NCBI GenBank assembly: GCA_963701295.1
Contig: OY969585.1
Span: forward strand, 1,632,001-1,696,000
DNA: 64,000 nucleotides
Reading direction: 5' to 3'
Source: Ignavibacteriota bacterium
GTDB taxonomy: Bacteria; Bacteroidota; Ignavibacteria; UBA10030
The translations under genes were made by a program, and so were the position numbers. Under the pieces are notes generated by a model. It worked only from the letters and a program-made list of their open reading frames with translations, was not told where the DNA came from and did not search any database. Below, piece by piece: positions 50,654-62,347 of this stretch (position 1 is its first letter; each line of letters begins with the position of its first letter).

Positions 50654-53066
50654 ATGAAAAACGACAGGAAAATAGAGCACGAATTGATTGCAGAGTTAGA
50701 ATCTGCCTATCAAAAAGTATATGAAATGGAAGCGCTGCTGAAGGAACATGGGCACAAAGAAGGAGGTGAAACGGAACGCCCCCAGACTATGAGTGATGTG
50801 CGAGATTCCGAAATCCGCTACCGGCGGCTCTTCGAAGCTGCTAAGGACGGTATTCTGATTCTCGACGCCGACTCAGGCGCAATCACCGATGCGAATCCTT
50901 TCATCAGGGAAATTCTCGGATATTCACCACAGGACTTGATAGGAAAACGATTGTGGGAAATCGGTGCATTCTTTGATGTCGTAGCCAGTAAAGCTGCGTT
51001 TGAAGAATTACAGCGGAAGGAATATATACGCTACGAGAATCTGCCGTTACAGACCAAAGATGGACAGTTGCGTGAAGTGGAATTCATCAGCAATGTCTAT
51101 GAAGTCGACTTAAAAAAAGTTATCCAATGCAATATTCGTAATATAACCAAGCGCAGAGAAGCAGAAAAGGCTCTAAAGGAATCTGAGATTCGTTACCGGC
51201 GCCTGTTTGAATCGGCGAAGGATGGCATTCTGATTCTCGATGCAGAAACCGGCAAGATTATCGACGCCAACCCATATCTCCTGAAAATTCTGGACTATTC
51301 TCATGAAGAAGTGGTAGGAAAGGAATTGAGGGAAATTGGGCCCTTCGAGAATATTATTGCAAACCAGGATATTTTTCGAAAGTTGCAGGATCATGAATAT
51401 GTTCACTATGAGCATTTCCTTCTTCAAAACAAAGAAGGTGTAACTATTCATGTGGAGTTCGTGAGTAACTTTTACTATGTGAACGAGCGTAAAGTTATCC
51501 AATGTAATATTCGTGATATCACAGAGCGCCTGAATGCAGAGAAAGCATTGAATGAGAGTGAGGAGCGCTATCGGTGCCTAGTGGAGTTTTCTCCAGATGC
51601 CATTATGGTGCACAGCTATAATAAGATTGTATACGTCAATCCTGTTGCCATCAGACTCCTCGGAGCACACTATGCATCGGAACTACTGGGTAAGCCAGTT
51701 TTCGATATCGTTCACCCGGATTATAAAGAATCTGTGCGTCGTCGGGTTACGACAGGAATAATTGGTCATAAGACTTTGCCATTGATGGAGGAAAAATTTC
51801 TCCGGTTGGATGGATCTACTATTGATGTCGAAGTAGCTGCTCTACCAATTGAGTACGATGGGATGCCCGCCATGCCGGATATTGTACGTGACATCACGGA
51901 AAAAAAGAAACTTCAACAGGAACTGCTCCAATCGCAGAAAATGCAGAGTATCGGCACAGTTGCAGGCGGTATTGCCCACGACTTCAATAATATCCTCGGT
52001 ATTATCCTTGGATACACATTGTTGATTGAGAAGAGTAAATTTAATGCTCAGAAGCTGTCCGAAGGCATTACGGCTATTAATCTTGCAGTCAAACGAGGTG
52101 CGGCGCTTTGTCCGTCAGATTTTAACGTTTGCGCGGAAAACGGACATTTCGTTCGAACCGTTAGATCTTGCAGATTTACTCCAAGAGCTTTTTTCCATGC
52201 TCGAACAAACTTTCCCCGAGATTATCACCTTCAAGAAAATCTTTCCAACGAACATTCCATTCATTCTCGCTGATCGTACACAGATTCATCAAGCGCTGTT
52301 AAACCTTTGCGTCAATGCTCGAGATGCCATGCCCGATGGTGGATCTATTATCATCCAGGTAGAGAAGCAAACTGGAAAACAATTGAAAGAACAATTCCCA
52401 GCTGCCGATCAAAATTTGTATGTCTGCATCAGTGTGACTGATACAGGAGAAGGCATGAATGAAGCAACACGTTGTAGAGTATTTGACCCATTTTTTACAA
52501 CAAAGCCAAAAGGAAAAGGAACAGGCCTCGGTTTGTCTGTTGTCTATGGTATTGCACAAGCACATCAAGGTTTCATCAACGTGGAGAGTGAATTGGGACA
52601 TGGAACTACCTTCCGACTGTACTTCCCGATTCCGAACATAAGCAAGACACCAGACGATTCTCCACAAGCAGAACCTTTTGAGATTGGCGGTACAGAAACA
52701 ATTCTACTTGTGGAAGATGAAGAACTTCTCCTCGAGATGATGCGTGTCTTGCTTGAATCCAAAGGGTACAAAGTATTTGTTGCACACGATGGCGCGGAGG
52801 CGATCGAAATGTACAAAAAACACATGCAGGAAATCGCCCTTGTGCTTACTGATATGGGTCTCCCTATGATGACAGGAATCGAAGAGTATGAAAAACTCAA
52901 AGAGATAGATCCGGGTGTCAAGGTAATTTTGGTCAGCGGATTTTTTGAACCGGAGGAGAAATTTGAACTCCTGAAAGCCGGAGCGAAGGGCTTTCTCCAA
53001 AAACCATATATGTCGGATGAAGTTCTTCGGGCACTCCGCGAAGTACTGGACAAAAAAAGTATATAA
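50654..53066 (+). CDS. Cytoplasmic hybrid histidine kinase (3 PAS-HisKA-HATPase-REC), 1 nt frameshift near 52108
   Basis: PAS repeats and GGIAHDFNN in the first ORF; [17 protein letters not shown] and REC in the second. Removing one T from 52107-52109 gives RGAALVRQILTF. The start may be 50621. Confidence 0.85.
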
Positions 53067-53101
53067 GGATATTCGATGCAATGCCCATCTGCGTGGCGAT
53101 T

Positions 53102-53259
53102 GAGGCTGTTCAGAACGTCGAGAAAAAGTCATTGCGAGAGGATCCCGAACGACAAAGTCGTTCGGGAGACGAAGCAATCTGCAATCCTAAGCGGAAAAAA
53201 AAGTGAGATTGCTTCGCTTTGCTCGCAATGACACGAACAAGAACTTTATGAACAGCCTC
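53102..53259. mobile_element. Nested palindromic MITE-like element, copy 3 (best preserved)
   Basis: 17 bp TIR GAGGCTGTTCAGAACGT / ACTTTATGAACAGCCTC (2 mismatches); inner GTCATTGCGAG..GAAGCAATCT..AGATTGCTTC..CTCGCAATGAC. Confidence 0.7.
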
Positions 53260-53306
53260 TATAAATAATTGTTGGTATGGATGAATAATCTTTATTAAAC
53301 CTCTCT

Positions 53307-53930
53307 ATGTTTATTATCTATCTTCTTGAAGGATTTGCAATAGGATTCTTACTCGCAATGCCGGTAGGGCCCATCGGAGTTCTCTGTGTCCGGCGCACTC
53401 TCACATACGGCAACTATCATGGGTTTATTGCCGGACTCAGCGGCGCCTCGGCAGATGTTATCTATGCTCTTGTCGCAGCTTTCGGCATCACGCTGATCTC
53501 AGATTTCGTCACGGGATTTCAACACTGGATTCGACTTGCAGGCGGGGTCCTGCTTTTATTTTTGGGTCTTTACATCTTCCGTTCCCATCCAACTGAACAT
53601 GCCGCACCCAAGCAATTAAATGAACATACGAAGGTATTTATCTCGACGTTCCTTCTCGCCCTGACGAATCCTATGACGCTGTTTGCTTATGCGGCAGTCT
53701 TTTCAGGTGTTAGAAACGGGCATATCGGTAACAATCGAATTTTCCTTCCACTGCTCGTTGCCGGTGTTTTCTTCGGTTCGTTATCCTGGTTTTCGTTACT
53801 CACGAGTTTGACATATTTTTTCAAGAAGAGCATCACAAGTAGTGGACTTACCATCGTTAACAGAATCGCTGGCTGTCTGCTGATGTTCTTTGGCGTTATT
53901 GCTATCTGGATCGGTGCGAATAGGCTCTAG
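53307..53930 (+). CDS. LysE-family transporter
   Basis: AMPVGPIGVLC, GASADVIY, ALTNPMT and GSLSWF motifs; hydrophobic. Confidence 0.85.
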   Translation: MFIIYLLEGFAIGFLLAMPVGPIGVLCVRRTLTYGNYHGFIAGLSGASADVIYALVAAFGITLISDFVTGFQHWIRLAGGVLLLFLGLYIFRSHPTEHAAPKQLNEHTKVFISTFLLALTNPMTLFAYAAVFSGVRNGHIGNNRIFLPLLVAGVFFGSLSWFSLLTSLTYFFKKSITSSGLTIVNRIAGCLLMFFGVIAIWIGANRL

Positions 53931-54276
53931 AGTATGGTACATGGAACTATACAATTCCGTCATGGAAAAACCTGTATACTCAAAGCCATGTAACAGGTTG
54001 AATAACAAAAGCGAGCAAACCTGTACATTGCTATTCACTCAGTGGTTTGTTACTTTAACGCCTATAGTGTCATGGCTCTCTACCAAAAGGGGTTGGATAA
54101 AAGAGTATGTACATAAGGAACAGTTTTAATGGGTTGTTGTCAGTTCTTCTACCGTATGTGTTTAATAAAAATCCAACATCTGTAAAATCTTTTTTCCACA
54201 TCACTCAGTTTTCTTATACTTTTAAAATTTTCATCCTGATAAGCACAGAGCAATTTGCAATCCAGGACTAGCGAGC

Positions 54277-57162
54277 ATGAAATTTGAAAAATATTTCATA
54301 CTTATATTCCTCGGTGTATTGATTTTGTTCGCTGTAGCGTTGTACACCATCTATTCTGGTGTCAAGGAGCAAACAATTCAGGACTTGAATATCGGCCAGA
54401 CGATTCACGCCCAACAAGCTGCAGCTGGGATTAGAGACTACATGACGAATGTAATTAGCACGCTGAATTTCCTCTCTCGGTTCCCAGAAATTATCGAACT
54501 GAATGCTCAGGGCAAACGTATCTTGATAAATTACCAAAACCTGAATTCCGATGAAATAAAAAGTATTACGCGCGTCAATGCACGAGGGAAGATCATCTAC
54601 ACGGTTCCTTTAAAAGAATCAATTGGGAAAGATATCTCGAATCAGGATCATATTCGTCTCAGCATGAAGATGCGCCAAATTGTCGTCAGTGATGTTTTCA
54701 TGGCAGTTCAGGGATTTAGAACAGTTGCTATACATGTTCCTGTGTTCAAGAATGGGACGTATGATGGAACTATAGCGTTTCTTTTATCTTTTGACAAGAT
54801 TGCACAAAAATATATCGAAAACATCCGCATCGGAACAAATGGATATGCTTGGGTTGTTAGTGAGAAAGGGATTGAGATTTCCTCTCCCTTCCCTGGTCAT
54901 ATCGGAAGAAATGTTTACGATACTTACAAGGAATTCCCTGAAATCATTTCTATGGTTGGTGAAATGCTCAAAGGGAAAGAAGGAATCACAGCATACCATT
55001 ATAATAGAATCCAGGATACATCTGATGAAAAAATTCTTAAGCATGCAGTCTATTTGCCTATTTCCTTCGGTAATACCTTCTGGTCTATCGTAATTGCCAC
55101 ACCAGAAGACGAGGTTATTGCCTCCCTATCGGGATTTAAAACAAATCTATTTTTGATAACCATCGCTTTGTTAATGATTTGTGTGATTTGTATGTATCTC
55201 ATTGTCAGATTTCAAGTAATTACTGGAGAACAAATAAAACGGGAAGTCGTTTTGAGTGCCCTTCAGGAAAGTGAAGCTCATTATCGCTATCTATTCGAAC
55301 AAAACCCTATGCCTATGTTGATTTACGAGTTAGGCAGTCTTATTATCCTTGCAGTAAACGATGCATTCGTAGCACACTACGGTTACAGCAAGACTGAAGC
55401 ATCAACGCTACATCTCACCGATCTTTACCCAGAATCTGAAAAGAAAGCTATTGCTGATCTCATTAAGACTTTGCATGGACACGCCTATGTTGGAGAATGG
55501 CATCATCTGAAAAAGGATGGAACATTGATAACGATAGAACCCCGTTCACATGGATTTTCTTATGAAGGACGTGCGGCGCGTATTGCTGTTATTAACGATA
55601 TTACCGAACGCAAAATGATGGAAGAAGCAGTTCAGGAAAGGGAGCGGCAGATTTCTTTGATTTACGATACGGTCGGGGATGTCATATTCAATCTGAAAGT
55701 GGAAAAGGATGGAAGTTACTCCTTTGCGTCTGTCAACCAGTGTTTTCTCTCGACTACAGGGTTGCAGGCTAACCAAATAATAGGAAGACGATTACAGGAT
55801 ATTATTCCGGAGCCGTCCTCGTCGCTAGCGCTGGCGAAATATGCAGAAGCAATTCGAGAGAAAAGGATAGTACGATGGGAGGAGACTTCAGAGTATCCGA
55901 CGGGGCAGTTGATCGGGGAGGTGAGTATTGCCCCAGTGTTTGATGATTCGAACAACTGTGTCGGTCTGGTTGGCTCAGTCCATGATATTACAGGGCGCAA
56001 GCGGATGGAGGAAGCATTACGACAAAGTGAACAGCGATACAAACAACTTCTCGAATCTATCACCGATTATACCTACTCTGTTGAGATTCAAAATGGTCGT
56101 CCTATGAAAACCGTTCACGGATTCGGATGCGAAAAAGTTACGGGGTATACACCTGACGACTACTCAGTTATTCCAAAGCTCTGGCTTCAAATGGTACATC
56201 CTGACGATCAGAAAGTAGTGGAGCATTATGCAGATCCTCTCTGTGAAGGAAAAGAAATTCCAGCTCTTGAGCACCGTATTATTCATAAAAACGGATCGAT
56301 TATTTGGGTTAGAAATACATATGTATTGAAGCATGATGCAAACGGGAAGGTTGTAGGATACGACGGACTTATATCTGATATAACAGAACGTAAACAGGCT
56401 GAAGAAGAAATCCGCAGACTTAATGCTGAACTTGAAGACCGCGTGGTCAAACGTACCGCTCAACTTGAAGCAGCGAACAAAGAACTCGAAGCATTTTCCT
56501 ACTCTGTCTCCCATGATTTGCGTGCACCATTGCGGCATGCAAGCGGCTATGTCGATCTGCTTGTGAAGAAGTGTAAATCCGATCTCTCAGAAAAAGGCCA
56601 GCATTATCTAAGCTCTATCGCAGATTCTGTTCATCAGATGGGTGTCCTCATTGACGACCTGTTGCAATTCTCAAAGACCGGACGAATCGAGATGCGTCAG
56701 TCGGTTTCGGACATGAATGTAATACTTGGAGAAGTCATGGAATCTCTGCGACATGACAATTCTAACCGCATGATCAAATGGATTATCGGCAAATTACCAT
56801 CTGTGTTTTGCGATAGTTCAATGCTGAAGCTAGTATGGGTGAATCTGTTGAGTAATGCTGTCAAGTTCACACGCACAAGGGAAAACGCCAGGATAGAAAT
56901 TGGAGTTCAAGAAGAGGAGAAGGAATTCATTTTTTATGTGCGAGACAATGGAGTAGGATTTGATATGCAGTACGCACAAAAGTTGTTTGGAGTTTTCCAG
57001 CGCCTCCACTCCATGGATGAATTTGAAGGAACCGGTATTGGACTTGCTAATGTGCGCCGTATTATATCACGTCACGAAGGGCGCACATGGGCTAAAGCTG
57101 AGCTGGATAAAGGAGCAACATTCTATTTCACATTGCCAAATTATAAGGAGAAGAAGCTGTGA
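54277..57162 (+). CDS. Membrane sensor histidine kinase (Cache domain, 3 PAS, phytochrome-type kinase core)
   Basis: Two TM helices around a Cache-like domain; ELEAFSYSVSHDLRAPLR, NLLSNAVKF and FQRLH..GTGIGLA. Confidence 0.9.
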   Translation: MKFEKYFILIFLGVLILFAVALYTIYSGVKEQTIQDLNIGQTIHAQQAAAGIRDYMTNVISTLNFLSRFPEIIELNAQGKRILINYQNLNSDEIKSITRVNARGKIIYTVPLKESIGKDISNQDHIRLSMKMRQIVVSDVFMAVQGFRTVAIHVPVFKNGTYDGTIAFLLSFDKIAQKYIENIRIGTNGYAWVVSEKGIEISSPFPGHIGRNVYDTYKEFPEIISMVGEMLKGKEGITAYHYNRIQDTSDEKILKHAVYLPISFGNTFWSIVIATPEDEVIASLSGFKTNLFLITIALLMICVICMYLIVRFQVITGEQIKREVVLSALQESEAHYRYLFEQNPMPMLIYELGSLIILAVNDAFVAHYGYSKTEASTLHLTDLYPESEKKAIADLIKTLHGHAYVGEWHHLKKDGTLITIEPRSHGFSYEGRAARIAVINDITERKMMEEAVQERERQISLIYDTVGDVIFNLKVEKDGSYSFASVNQCFLSTTGLQANQIIGRRLQDIIPEPSSSLALAKYAEAIREKRIVRWEETSEYPTGQLIGEVSIAPVFDDSNNCVGLVGSVHDITGRKRMEEALRQSEQRYKQLLESITDYTYSVEIQNGRPMKTVHGFGCEKVTGYTPDDYSVIPKLWLQMVHPDDQKVVEHYADPLCEGKEIPALEHRIIHKNGSIIWVRNTYVLKHDANGKVVGYDGLISDITERKQAEEEIRRLNAELEDRVVKRTAQLEAANKELEAFSYSVSHDLRAPLRHASGYVDLLVKKCKSDLSEKGQHYLSSIADSVHQMGVLIDDLLQFSKTGRIEMRQSVSDMNVILGEVMESLRHDNSNRMIKWIIGKLPSVFCDSSMLKLVWVNLLSNAVKFTRTRENARIEIGVQEEEKEFIFYVRDNGVGFDMQYAQKLFGVFQRLHSMDEFEGTGIGLANVRRIISRHEGRTWAKAELDKGATFYFTLPNYKEKKL

Positions 57163-57602
57163 ACGATTTAAGAACAATATTGCTTGTCGAAGACAATCCA
57201 AAGGATGTCGAATTGACTCTTGAAGCGCTGTCTGAACATAATCTTGCGAACCAAGTAACCGTCGCAAAAGATGGTGTGGAAGCAATGGAATTTCTCCGCT
57301 GTGAAGGGAAGTACAAACTGCGCAAACAAGGGAATCCTGCAGTATTGTTGCTTGATATCAAGATGCCCCGGATGGATGGCATTGAAGTGCTAAAAGCTAT
57401 TCGAAGTGATCCTATGCTGAAAACTCTCCCGGTAGTTATGCTTACATCCTCTCGCGAGGAACCGGACTTAAAAAAAAGTTATGAACTGGGAGCTAATGCT
57501 TATGTAGTCAAGCCGGTCGATTTCCAAGATTTTATTGAAGCAGTGAAGCAGGTTGGCGTGTTTTGGGCGGTTATTAATGAGGTTCCGCCAGAGAGGGTGT
57601 AA
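57159..57602 (+). CDS. Single-domain response regulator (Rcp1-like)
   Basis: LLVEDN, LLDIKMP, MLTSS and GANAYVVKP; GTGA overlap with the kinase gene. Confidence 0.9.
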   Translation: MNDLRTILLVEDNPKDVELTLEALSEHNLANQVTVAKDGVEAMEFLRCEGKYKLRKQGNPAVLLLDIKMPRMDGIEVLKAIRSDPMLKTLPVVMLTSSREEPDLKKSYELGANAYVVKPVDFQDFIEAVKQVGVFWAVINEVPPERV

Positions 57603-57606
57603 GCAA

Positions 57607-60600
57607 ATGAAAAAGAAAACTATTGATAAGACATCGTTAAAAGTCCTGTACCTTGAAGACTCTCCTCGAGATGTTGAGATCATACGAGAGTTACTGACAG
57701 AAGCAGGATATGATCTCAGTATGGATTGTACTGAGGGAAAAAAGGAATTTACCTCTATACTTCATAGCCGTACGTATGATGTCATTTTAAGTGATTTCAA
57801 ATTACCCGAATTCGATGCGTTCGGGGCATTGAAGTTAGTCATGGATATCTGCCCGGATGTTCCCTTCATCTGTGTCTCCGGATCTATCGGTGAAGAAACT
57901 GCCATTGAACTTATAAAGGAGGGAGCTGTCGATTACGTCTTAAAGGATCGTATGGTAAGACTTCCTTTAGCTATTCAACGGGCACTTGATGAAGTAAGAG
58001 AAAGAAAATCACGACTTGGGGCGGAGGAGGATTTAAGAAAAATCGAGCAATACAATAAAATCATCACCGAGATGACCACGGATTATGTTTTTATTGTTGA
58101 CGTCGATTACCAACACAATCTCAAACTACGCTGGATTTCAAAGAACCTTGTCCAAATAACTGGAAGAACAACCAGCGATGCCGTGACTTCTGATCTTTGG
58201 AAACAAATCATACACCCTGAAGATGTCGGATATTTCTTCAAATTCATTGAACAGATACTTACTACTACTAAATCAGGAGAGATAGAGTGTCGAAGCATCA
58301 CAAAATTCGGTACAGAACGATGGGTACATGTATTCGCCAAACCAGAAACCGATGAGCATAACCGAGTCATTACGATTATTGGTGCAGTCAAAGAAATCAC
58401 TGAACGCAAGCGGTCAGAGGAGGCATTACGGAAAAGTGCCGAACAATACCACATAACTTTTGAGAATACCGGAACGGCAACTGTTATTATTGAAGAAGAT
58501 GCTACGTTGAGTCTCGTGAATACGGAATTTGAACACTTGTCAGGGTATTCGAAAGATGAAATTGAAGGAAAGAAAAAATGGACAGAATTTGTCCTGAAAG
58601 AAGATTTGGAATACATGATCACACAACATAAATTGCGAAGAGAAAGAGCTGAAGCTGCAAAAAAACAATACGAATTTAGATTTGTTGACCGGTTTGGTAC
58701 AATTCACAATATCCTGCTGTTCATCGATGTTATAAAAGAAACAAAAAAGAGTATTGCTTCACTCCTGGATATCACTGAGCGCAAGAAGGTGGAAGAAGAA
58801 TTCAAATTCAGTAATATCCTTCTATCCACCCAGCAGGAAGTCTCCTTAGACGGCATCCTTGTGGTCGATGAAAGCAGTAAGATTCTATCGTATAATCAAC
58901 AGTTTGTTAAAATGTGGGATATTCCCCCTGAAGTAATAGAGACACGATCTGATGAGATTGTCTTGAAGGTGACGTTGAAAAAGTTGGAAAACCCTCAACG
59001 ATTTCTTGAAAAAGTTAATTATCTCTATGCCCACAAAAATGAGACTAGTCGGGATGAGATTGTCTTAAAAGATGGCCGGATATTTGAGCGCTACTCTGCA
59101 CCCATGCTGGGAGCAGATGTAAAGTATTATGGTCGGGTGTGGAACTTTCGCGACATTACCAAGCGCAAAAAGGCAGAAGAAGCTCTGCTTGAGAGTATGG
59201 CGAAATATCGAACCCTGGTAACACAAAGTCCGGATGGAATTTTCATTGTGGATTTATCTGGTGCTTTTTTATCCGTCAATAAAGCTATGTGTGATAACCT
59301 CAAATATTCCGAGGAAGAATTTCTTTCTTTGAAGATATGGGATATTGTGCCTCAACAATACTTGCCGCTTCATAAGAATAGATTAGCGGCTATAATAAGA
59401 GGAGAAAGTAAAAAAGACACTGCAGAATATGAAGTAAAAGGAAAAGACGGAATTGTACATTTCATCGAAGTCCTATCAGCACCTTATTATAAGGACAAAG
59501 AAATAATTGGATTTCAAGGTATTGCCCGCGACATCACTGAACGCAAGCGTGCAGAGGAGGCAGTTCGGCAGTCCGAAGAAAAATTTCGAATGGTGTTCGA
59601 AAATGTATTTGACGGAATTTGTATCTACAGCGAAGATCCTGATCCCTATAAAAGAAGACTCATTGAGTGTAATGAACGGTACGCCGCTCTGGCAGGCCGA
59701 AGTCGCGAGGAACTACTTCAGCTTGGAAGCACACAAGAACTCCAGAAAACGCTTGAAGCCAAGGCAAATGACAATCGCGTAGAATCCTTGGCTAAGGGAA
59801 AGGCATATCAGGGCTCCTTTTCGTGGATTCGACCAGATGGAAAGGATAATATTATAGAGTTTGTGGGTGTTCCGATCACTTGGCAGGGAAAGTCACTCTC
59901 GATTGGCATTGATCGCGACATCACCGAGCGGAAACAAATGGAAGAGGGGCTGCGCCAAATGCAAAAGTTGGAAGGATTAGGAACACTTGCCGGAGGGATT
60001 GCGCATGATTTCAACAATATTCTAGGAATTATACTGGCATATATCACAAGCATCAAGCGGTTTAAAGGTGATACAAAGAAATTAGAACTCGCTATTGATA
60101 CTATCACAAAAGCTGTGGATCGAGGTAAAACACTTGTTCAACAGATATTAACCTTTGCAAGAAAAACGGAAACAGAATATGGAGCGGTGAATGTAAATGA
60201 TGTTGTCATGGAAATTATGACTATGGTCTTTGAAACTTTTCCTAAAATCCTTACCTATACACAAAATTTCGATAAGAGTATTACGTTTATCAATGCCGAT
60301 CGTTCCCAGTTGTATCAGGCACTGTTGAACCTTTGTGTGAATGCACGGGATGCGATGACGAGGGGCGGTGTTCTTACCATCAATACACGTATGGTGTCTG
60401 GAGCAAGTCTGCGTAATCAGCATCCGGATGCTGCTGCGAGCAGTTATGTCTGTATTGAAGTGAGTGATACAGGGGAAGGGATGACCGAAGAGATACGAAA
60501 GAGAATTTTTGAGCCGTTTTTCACCACGAAGGGAATAGGAAAAGGAACCGGATTAGGATTATCTGTGGTGTTCGGAGTTGTTCAAACCCATAAAGGATTT

Positions 60601-61089
60601 ATTGATGTAGAAAGCGAACTTGGTAAGGGAACGACCTTCCGCTTGTATCTGCCCGCTTCGCAAGCAATAGAGTCAGTCATTGAAAAAGAGGAAGAAACGT
60701 TGGAAGAGATTCCGGGCGGAACAGAAACGTTGTTGGTGGTGGAGGATGAAGAGACACTGTTGCTGTTTCTCCAGACTGCGCTTGTGGATAAAGGATACAA
60801 GGTTCTTTCTGCTAAGGATGGACTAACGGCATTGAGAATCTATCAAGAGAGAAAGAACGATATCTCACTTGTGTTGACCGATCTCGGATTGCCTAGTATG
60901 ACCGGATTGGAAGTGTGTCAACATATCAAAGCAATCGATCCGCATGAACACATGATCCTAGCGACAGGGTTTCTAGATCCGGATATGAAATCAGAATTTC
61001 TGAAAGCGGGGATACAGCATTTTCTCTATAAACCGTATGATTTCAAGAAAGTTCTGAAAGTGGTACGGGAAGTGTTGGATGAGAAATGA
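57607..61089 (+). CDS. Hybrid kinase REC-(PAS)n-HisKA-HATPase-REC
   Basis: N-terminal REC, several PAS/PAC units (DITERK), [15 protein letters not shown] and a C-terminal REC. Confidence 0.9.
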   Translation: MKKKTIDKTSLKVLYLEDSPRDVEIIRELLTEAGYDLSMDCTEGKKEFTSILHSRTYDVILSDFKLPEFDAFGALKLVMDICPDVPFICVSGSIGEETAIELIKEGAVDYVLKDRMVRLPLAIQRALDEVRERKSRLGAEEDLRKIEQYNKIITEMTTDYVFIVDVDYQHNLKLRWISKNLVQITGRTTSDAVTSDLWKQIIHPEDVGYFFKFIEQILTTTKSGEIECRSITKFGTERWVHVFAKPETDEHNRVITIIGAVKEITERKRSEEALRKSAEQYHITFENTGTATVIIEEDATLSLVNTEFEHLSGYSKDEIEGKKKWTEFVLKEDLEYMITQHKLRRERAEAAKKQYEFRFVDRFGTIHNILLFIDVIKETKKSIASLLDITERKKVEEEFKFSNILLSTQQEVSLDGILVVDESSKILSYNQQFVKMWDIPPEVIETRSDEIVLKVTLKKLENPQRFLEKVNYLYAHKNETSRDEIVLKDGRIFERYSAPMLGADVKYYGRVWNFRDITKRKKAEEALLESMAKYRTLVTQSPDGIFIVDLSGAFLSVNKAMCDNLKYSEEEFLSLKIWDIVPQQYLPLHKNRLAAIIRGESKKDTAEYEVKGKDGIVHFIEVLSAPYYKDKEIIGFQGIARDITERKRAEEAVRQSEEKFRMVFENVFDGICIYSEDPDPYKRRLIECNERYAALAGRSREELLQLGSTQELQKTLEAKANDNRVESLAKGKAYQGSFSWIRPDGKDNIIEFVGVPITWQGKSLSIGIDRDITERKQMEEGLRQMQKLEGLGTLAGGIAHDFNNILGIILAYITSIKRFKGDTKKLELAIDTITKAVDRGKTLVQQILTFARKTETEYGAVNVNDVVMEIMTMVFETFPKILTYTQNFDKSITFINADRSQLYQALLNLCVNARDAMTRGGVLTINTRMVSGASLRNQHPDAAASSYVCIEVSDTGEGMTEEIRKRIFEPFFTTKGIGKGTGLGLSVVFGVVQTHKGFIDVESELGKGTTFRLYLPASQAIESVIEKEEETLEEIPGGTETLLVVEDEETLLLFLQTALVDKGYKVLSAKDGLTALRIYQERKNDISLVLTDLGLPSMTGLEVCQHIKAIDPHEHMILATGFLDPDMKSEFLKAGIQHFLYKPYDFKKVLKVVREVLDEK

Positions 61090-61210
61090 ATAACTGTCAT
61101 AGTGCCGTCAGGATTTACGTCCTGGCAGTAAGTAGGGCAGACGAAGCGAGCTTAAGAATAGGGGTGTCAGAAAGGAATTCCTGACACTACAAAAATAGAA
61201 ATATATCTGT

Positions 61211-61921
61211 TTATTTGTGGTGAGTCTTCTCCTTGCTGAATCGTAGATGAACAAAGTCTATGATCCTCTGTTTATAGATGTATCCGAGGACAAACAATAT
61301 ACTTGCGATAACAGAAACGATGACGGCGATGAGGTATTCGCTCGATTGTATCTCCGCACCGATAAAGGAAGACCCAATCATAGCGGGAGTGCGTGCAAAA
61401 GTTATGATGATGAAGAATAGAACAGGCTTGATCGGAGTGAGTCCGGCGATATACACAAGAATATCCTTGGGAATGCCGGGTATGAGGAACAAGAGAAATA
61501 TGGTTGTTTCGAGTTTTGGACTATTCATCAAGGCGCTGAATTTTTCAAGTTCTTTCTCGGAAACAAATTTCTTAACAAGAGGAAAACCAAAAAGCTTCAC
61601 ACTTGAAAAAACAATGATATACCCGACCGTTATGCCAATGGTAGAATAGACTGTGCCCAAGATAGTTCCGAATATATATCCTCCCGCGATCTGCACTGGT
61701 TCTCCCGGTATGACTGCTATCACCACTTGAAGCACCTGGAAAAGCATGAATACCACAGCGCTCCAAGGACCGAATGATAACAGGTATTCTCTGAATTTAT
61801 GAGGGTCACTGACCAACCTTGTCAGCTCTGGCCCGAAACGGATCGTTACATAGACAATCGCTCCCACAAACAGAGAAGCGAGAATAATATTGAGAGCAAT
61901 AAGAGGTCTCAATTTTCCCAT
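61211..61921 (-). CDS. TVP38/TMEM64 (DedA/VTT) family membrane protein
   Basis: LQVVIAVIPGE..GGYIFG and LFLIPGIPKD..YIAGLT motifs. Confidence 0.85.
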   Translation of the reverse strand: MGKLRPLIALNIILASLFVGAIVYVTIRFGPELTRLVSDPHKFREYLLSFGPWSAVVFMLFQVLQVVIAVIPGEPVQIAGGYIFGTILGTVYSTIGITVGYIIVFSSVKLFGFPLVKKFVSEKELEKFSALMNSPKLETTIFLLFLIPGIPKDILVYIAGLTPIKPVLFFIIITFARTPAMIGSSFIGAEIQSSEYLIAVIVSVIASILFVLGYIYKQRIIDFVHLRFSKEKTHHK

Positions 61922-62028
61922 AGTACTTCTTTCACCTCATTATTGGAACTATCCCCATGACTATCAAAAGAATAGTCAGATACAGATTCTCTTTTTTATA
62001 ATGCATCCAGCAATTGCCGAATACGCAA

Positions 62029-62226
62029 TCATTTTTTCTCGGACTTATCGTCGATCTGCTTCACTTCTTTATCGACTTCTTCCTGTATATCGCGTGCTGC
62101 CTTTCGGAACTCTCGAATACCCTGGCCAAGTCCTTTCATTATTTCTGGAAGTTTCTTAGGGCCAAAGAAAATAATGATAATCAATAAAATGAGGAATAAT
62201 TCTGGGCCGCCAATATTTCCAAACAT
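62029..62226 (-). CDS. tatA: Twin-arginine translocase subunit TatA/E
   Basis: GNIGGPEL..IIFFGPKKLPE..GLGQGIREF; AAGGAG RBS. Confidence 0.92.
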   Translation of the reverse strand: MFGNIGGPELFLILLIIIIFFGPKKLPEIMKGLGQGIREFRKAARDIQEEVDKEVKQIDDKSEKK

Positions 62227-62347
62227 GATGCTTCTCCTTTATTGTAATAATAATTTCGTACAAGCTATATATGAAAATTTGAGAGTCAATGAAACAATAT
62301 CAATGTATATTTTCATGGGTCATCTCGAGAGAATAATATAACTCACA

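Noticed and set aside
50800-51530. Tandem PAS duplication in the hybrid kinase
   Set aside because: Real, but ordinary for this kinase class.
61107-61190. Two imperfect hairpins between convergent genes as an ncRNA
   Set aside because: They are adequately explained as terminator or REP-like stems, with no further evidence.
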